Part shown: positions 58,786-64,000 of the stretch, piece after piece | Position numbering within the stretch: position 1 is the stretch's first letter | Layout: every line of letters starts with the position of its first letter | From: Podarcis vaucheri | Lineage: Eukaryota | Assembly (NCBI GenBank): GCA_965113315.1 | Contig: OZ220365.1 | Strand: one strand, 5' to 3' | Length of the DNA stretch: 64,000 nt | Notes under the pieces: model-generated | Told to the model about the DNA's origin: nothing | Database searches by the model: none | Seen by the model: the letters and a program-made list of their open reading frames with translations, nothing else | Translations under genes and position numbers: made by a program

Positions 58786-61700
58786 AGAGTAGCCGGGGGG
58801 GCAGTTGCCCCCCATCAGTAAAAATCAATACAAATCAATACAAATGTGATTTGCCTCTTTAACATCATTGCTATCCCACAGAACATGTATTTTTATTTTT
58901 ATTTTTTTATTTTTCACTCAGCTGTACAATAATGTGGAATAAATTGTGACTTGGTTAGAAAACTCTAGAAGTTGAGTTTGTTCCCTAAAGGAAAAACTGT
59001 AATATGGTATCAGTGTTTGACTCAAGAGTTAGACTAAAAAAGTAAATGGAGAGAACGTAAGCAAAACATGGCTGTGTTCTCAAAGGGTGTGGCAGGAGAG
59101 GACTGCAAGGGTGGTGAGAAGATTCAAGGACAATCAAAGAAATATTTAAATATTTCAGTGTAGTATATATAGTATATATTTTTTTGCAGAATATAGATAT
59201 CTTTTCAAAATGAGAGCAAGAGCATCAAGTGATACTTAGTTGTGATTCAGAGTCGCCATTTGACCAGAGTGCTAGAGAAGACTAGTTTATACTTATATTC
59301 TGGGAATGATTCATGTTCTTATCTAACTGCATTGCTTTATATTTTCTGGATGTCCCATTATCATATTTTAAAGTAGAATTTTTTTATTTATTCTGAAAGT
59401 GTGACTCAGAGAAAAAAGTTTGAAAACCACTGTTATAGACAGTGATCATCTTAGATTCTAAGCATTATGTTGTGAGTTAATGAGGGAGGTGAAAATAGCT
59501 TCTGTGTTTTGTACCTTGAGAAGTGTTGGCCCTTGTCAATCGTATCTGAAAAGCAAGCTGTTCTTTTTAAATGTTTTACCCTGAGTCATGGGGTCACTTG
59601 AAATGCTCAAGAGATTTACACAGGATGCAGTGAATGATCTGCTGACTTCAATCGATGCAATTGTAGCATTAAGAAACACAGTATAGAACATGGTAAAAAA
59701 AATAAATCACTTCAAATATAGCTCTCTCCGAGACCTGTGTCTGCAGCAAAGAAACATGAATATCTCCCAATATGCATACTCATTACCTCCTGAGTAGGGC
59801 TATTCTTCCGTGGCAGTGGTTTATTTTCAAAGGAAAAAAGGGCCCATGCTGGTCCCTTGCTTGAATTGTCTCTTTATTTGGGTTTAAGTTGCAGAGACAG
59901 GAATTTGAAGCAAAAAAAAAAAAAAAAAAGGCATTTTGTCTTCATTTATGGTTATGTATGTTGCATAGGGCAATAAGTGAAATAACTTGTTTTGGGATGA
60001 TATTACTGTGTCTGTCAAAGGTGTACCTGAAATCTTTTTAAAGAATGGGAGCTGACAAAATATGAACTCTGATCCAATAGCCTTGCATGTGTATTGTCAT
60101 TATGAATGCAAACGATGGTGAGATGCAAGTGTCAAGATATTATCTCAGTATAGTCACAGGCTGTCTGTGTTCAGTTACCTCCATATCAGCATTCCTACCT
60201 TGTCCCCCTTGCCTGGTGGGCTTAAAAAATAATTCATGTTATTTCTCTTGAGTCCAGCAGTGACCAGGATGCCGAGTCAAAGGTGTTGCCAGCCCATGAG
60301 TCAGGTCAAATTTCTGGCTCTGAGCAGATGATGGTGATCGGGGGACCACTGAATGCAAAGCTAGCAGGCGGGAGCCCCTGAACCAGATCCTACAGCATGA
60401 GGGCCCAAAGAACCAGAGCAAGGACCCTCACAGGTGCCTTTCCTGGGCTCAGGGAACCAAGTGCCTCTCAACCGACCTCACCAGTGCAGCAAGCAGGGAG
60501 TGTACCAGGCTATACGTCATGCAGGAGTCCTCAGGCTAGAGGGTTGGCTCATCAAGAGATTTGTTCTCCCAAAGGAGGCAGAGGCTCAAAATACCTCCAT
60601 TCATTTCCATCCTCACTGGAAGTGCTTGCTGTTCTGATAGCTGACCTGCACTGTGCTCCTCCACAGGACCAGAACATGGTGATTATTGGCCACCATAAGA
60701 GCCATGGAGCTGTCTCAGTTAATATCTCACCTCTTGACTTAAGTGGGTTTTTTTGTCCTGGGCAGGTTGAGGGAGATCTGCAGTTGAGGAGATTTGGTGT
60801 AATTCCTTTGTCCTGGAAAGATGATAACGTATATTGGTTTAGACTTACAGGGACTCCAGGTTCCAAAAGGTTTCCAGACACCTCTTGGGGGTGTTCCCCA
60901 CTGATATTGTTGGTAGTTCTGATGATGGTCCTGTTGGTCTCTAGAATTCCAGTGAAGGAAGATGTGTGACAAATCCAATTAAATGTAAACTTAAACTTAA
61001 ACTTCTGATATGTTTACACAGTCCAGGAATGCTCAGTATGTGAAATTCATAAGTGGAGGGGTCAGTGCATGTGGTACTATACATTCTGTTGAATAGCTAA
61101 ATAGTGCTTTGGTGACACTTGGAAACTGTACCCTTTAGGGAAGCAGGCTCAGCGGTCAAGGATAGGACTTTGCCTTGTATCTCCTGCATTTATAAGCAAC
61201 CTAATCTGTTTGAGATCCGTTATGTGTTATTATGATCTGATTATTTATTCAGGTCAAAATCTAATCTGTTACATCAAAAGCTGACACCCCCCCCACACCA
61301 TTGTCTATAACAGGGAATAAAAAAGGATATAAGTTCCCCCCTTTTCAAGTAAGTAGATGAAAATGACAAGCAAAGGGGCCCCTCCTGAGAGGATTAAGCC
61401 CATGACATTTCAGCCAGATCCATCCAGGGGACCCTCTTAAGGGTTTTTAATTTTTTTATTTAAAAAAATAAATAAAAGTCTCTTTTTTATTTTTTTGCCA
61501 TGGGGGGGGGGAGTCTGCCAAATTTCAGAATGATATATTAATAACACTAATAATAGATAATAATACTAGCTGGAGCTGCCCACTTAAATGGGAGATCCCA
61601 CCTCTCCACCCCACTTCTCCATGCCCCTCCACCTCTAAAGGGCTGCATGTTTTCCTCAATCTGCTTGGTTTAGTTTTTCAGAGAAGAAAAGGGAGTGGAG

Positions 61701-64000
61701 ATGGTCTTGTGTTTAGCTTGATGCGACAACTGAGGTAGCAGAGATACTCGGAAGGTTGGGTGCTCCCAGCTCACCTCACCATGCCTTGGTAATGGCACAA
61801 TCCAGCTCTTTGCTTCTTTATTTGGGGTATACACAGAACCAACCCCTATTAAATAAGGCACTAAATGCAGTGCTTTTTCTGGGGGTACTCAAGGGGTACA
61901 GAGTACTGGCTCCCCCCCATGACTATAAACCAAGGTGCTTTGTTTGCTTCATGCTGCAGGTAGATCAGTCCAGCTTTTCATGAAACAGAACTGGATTTAT
62001 CCTGGTACAGAATTTCAGCCTGCAGCATGCTGTCATGTTATTAGCACAACATTTTCTAAGCAACTTTCGCTTGGTTTTCAATGTCACTCAGCCTTTAAAT
62101 ATCAGAATGCACTTTCTGTTTCTCAAACTAGTATTCTTTCCTTATTGCATCTTCTGATGAAGTAAATAACAAATTGTGTCTTTCTTAAGCTGCTCAGTGG
62201 TATATTGTAGAAAAGGTCGAACCTATTGAATGAAAAATAATTTTAAAAGTGCAGTTGTCATCTACATGCTTATAAGAAGTCTTTAACAGGCATTTGTGGA
62301 GACTTCAACGCCAGGATTAAGATAATGGTGTACAGTAATTTGTATATCAAAGGGTTCTGGTTTTTTTGTATAATATTCCAATTCTGTTCTGTGAGTTAAT
62401 AATTATTTTTATTCTGTTTGTTTTATCACCTGAATGGTACAGTAATCACCAACTGAGCTAACACAGTAGCAATACATTTAAAATTCACAGTAGCTTGGAA
62501 TCTATTTTGATTTTGCCAACAAATACCCAGTTTAACTTGCTGGAAATGATCTGCAGTGTAAGAGATCCTTTCCTTTCATGCCTTGTATCTAGCACCCCCC
62601 CACACATACCCAGGAAAGAAACACATTTGCAGAACTGCAGTATAAATAAAAAAAATATGCCTGTTTCCAGCTAAATCCCTATTCAGTACTTTGAAAGGAA
62701 GGAACTCCAAGAAATCTATAAAGGGATTTTATTAAAAACTGAGATATTTTGGAAACGGCATTCCTGATCTTCTGTACATTTCTAGCATCACTTCCTGTGT
62801 ATTTTAAAACCAAAATCCTCTTAGCATGCAAAGTAAATAGATTACGATATACTGAAGGATTAAAGATCACTGTCTGGTGTCAGATTAATCCCTCATATAG
62901 ACCTTCACTTGTACTGACAGAAATATGGCTGCAATTCAGCAAAATAGCTCTATGGCTAAGTAACGCATTTCAGCATCCTTAGGCTGATCAAGCAAAAGGC
63001 TCCCTTGATCTGTTGTTGGACTGCATAGACCTTTGCAGAAAGTGCCTTTATATAAATATATCTTATGAAGCACATGCTCTCCTCCTGTCATTGAAAGAAA
63101 ACACACAGTAACAATTTTATTTTTATATGCAGTGATATATGGTGGACTACTGTCTCATAGGTCTTGTATTTCTCGGCCACTGGACCAGTGAGGGTTGAAA
63201 ATATTACGCATTTTACTACTTTTTGTCTGCTGAGGACAAGCATTTCAGCATGGATTTAATGTGTTCATCAGACTATTACTGATAAGTCTCTATGCATTAT
63301 TCCCCCAGTCTTGCTACTAAACCACAAGGTTAGATGCAGATTTGACAAGGACTCTTTGCAAAGTATAAAAATAATTTTATCTCTCTTTATTTGGCAATAT
63401 CACAAATTAAGTACATAACTAAACTCAACATAACTTTAGTTTTAAATTGTGTGACCACAGTTAAGATCATTTTATATTATACATGTCTCCTGACAACACC
63501 AGAAAAAATGCATTGAACAATGTCAGGAGGAAACTACTCTTAAAAGGAGAGTACAAATTGTAGTTATGACAAAATGCAGCATAGGATTCCCCCCAGTCCA
63601 TTTTCTGTTAATGCCTGAAAAAGCTGAATATTCTATAGAAGGTTAGATTATTAGAGTCACCATGCATTTTTAAGGAGAAAATAATGGTTATTCAGCTAAA
63701 CTGATATGGATGTACTGGAAAATGGAGAGCATTTTTCTTCAAAGAATTGTACTGGCTGTTAAAGGATGATTTTTTGCAGAGGTATCCTGAGTGAAGATGC
63801 TATCTGTTAGAATGTTATGGAATATCTATTGCAAAGCCTTAAGTGGAAATTCAAACCTGTAGTCGTAAAGGAGGGAGGAGTAAATTCTGAGATTTCTTTT
63901 AACTGCTCCTCCTGCCACTGTGGATTATGTTTATGCTTATGCGAGGGAAGGAGGCAGAGATAGGGAAAGGGGGTCTCTCCGTATTCTTGAATTACCTTCT

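Noticed and set aside
56000-64000. WDPCP terminal exons expected from synteny
   Set aside because: No minus-strand translation matching the recalled WDPCP C-terminus; the gene probably lies beyond the window.
1-64000. CRISPR arrays, operons or other prokaryotic systems
   Set aside because: Intron-containing vertebrate DNA; no regularly spaced repeat-spacer array seen.

Overview
Vertebrate genomic DNA from a squamate, most likely a lacertid lizard (Podarcis-type Sauria SINEs, Bov-B, CR1, Squam3-like SINEs and many hAT MITEs), with two short assembly gaps. It contains the last four coding exons and 3' UTR of EHBP1 (+ strand, bMERB domain, CaaX end CVLQ). These are followed by the complete OTX1 gene (+ strand; a non-coding first exon in a CpG island and three coding exons giving a 361-aa K50 homeodomain protein) inside a broad CpG-rich, TE-poor domain with many candidate enhancers. 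The last ~20 kb is TE-rich intergenic DNA. The most unusual structure is a 2.57-kb non-autonomous hAT element (47629-50201; TIRs plus a perfect 8-bp TSD) carrying GC-rich, exon-like coding fragments of an unidentified gene, i.e. a candidate Pack-TIR gene-capture element. Also notable are a perfect 56-bp-stem palindrome made of two young CR1 3' ends, an OC1-like hAT nested in a SINE tail, and an OTX1 poly-proline insertion that appears lineage-specific. Comparisons to human or TE consensus sequences are from memory and need alignment to confirm.
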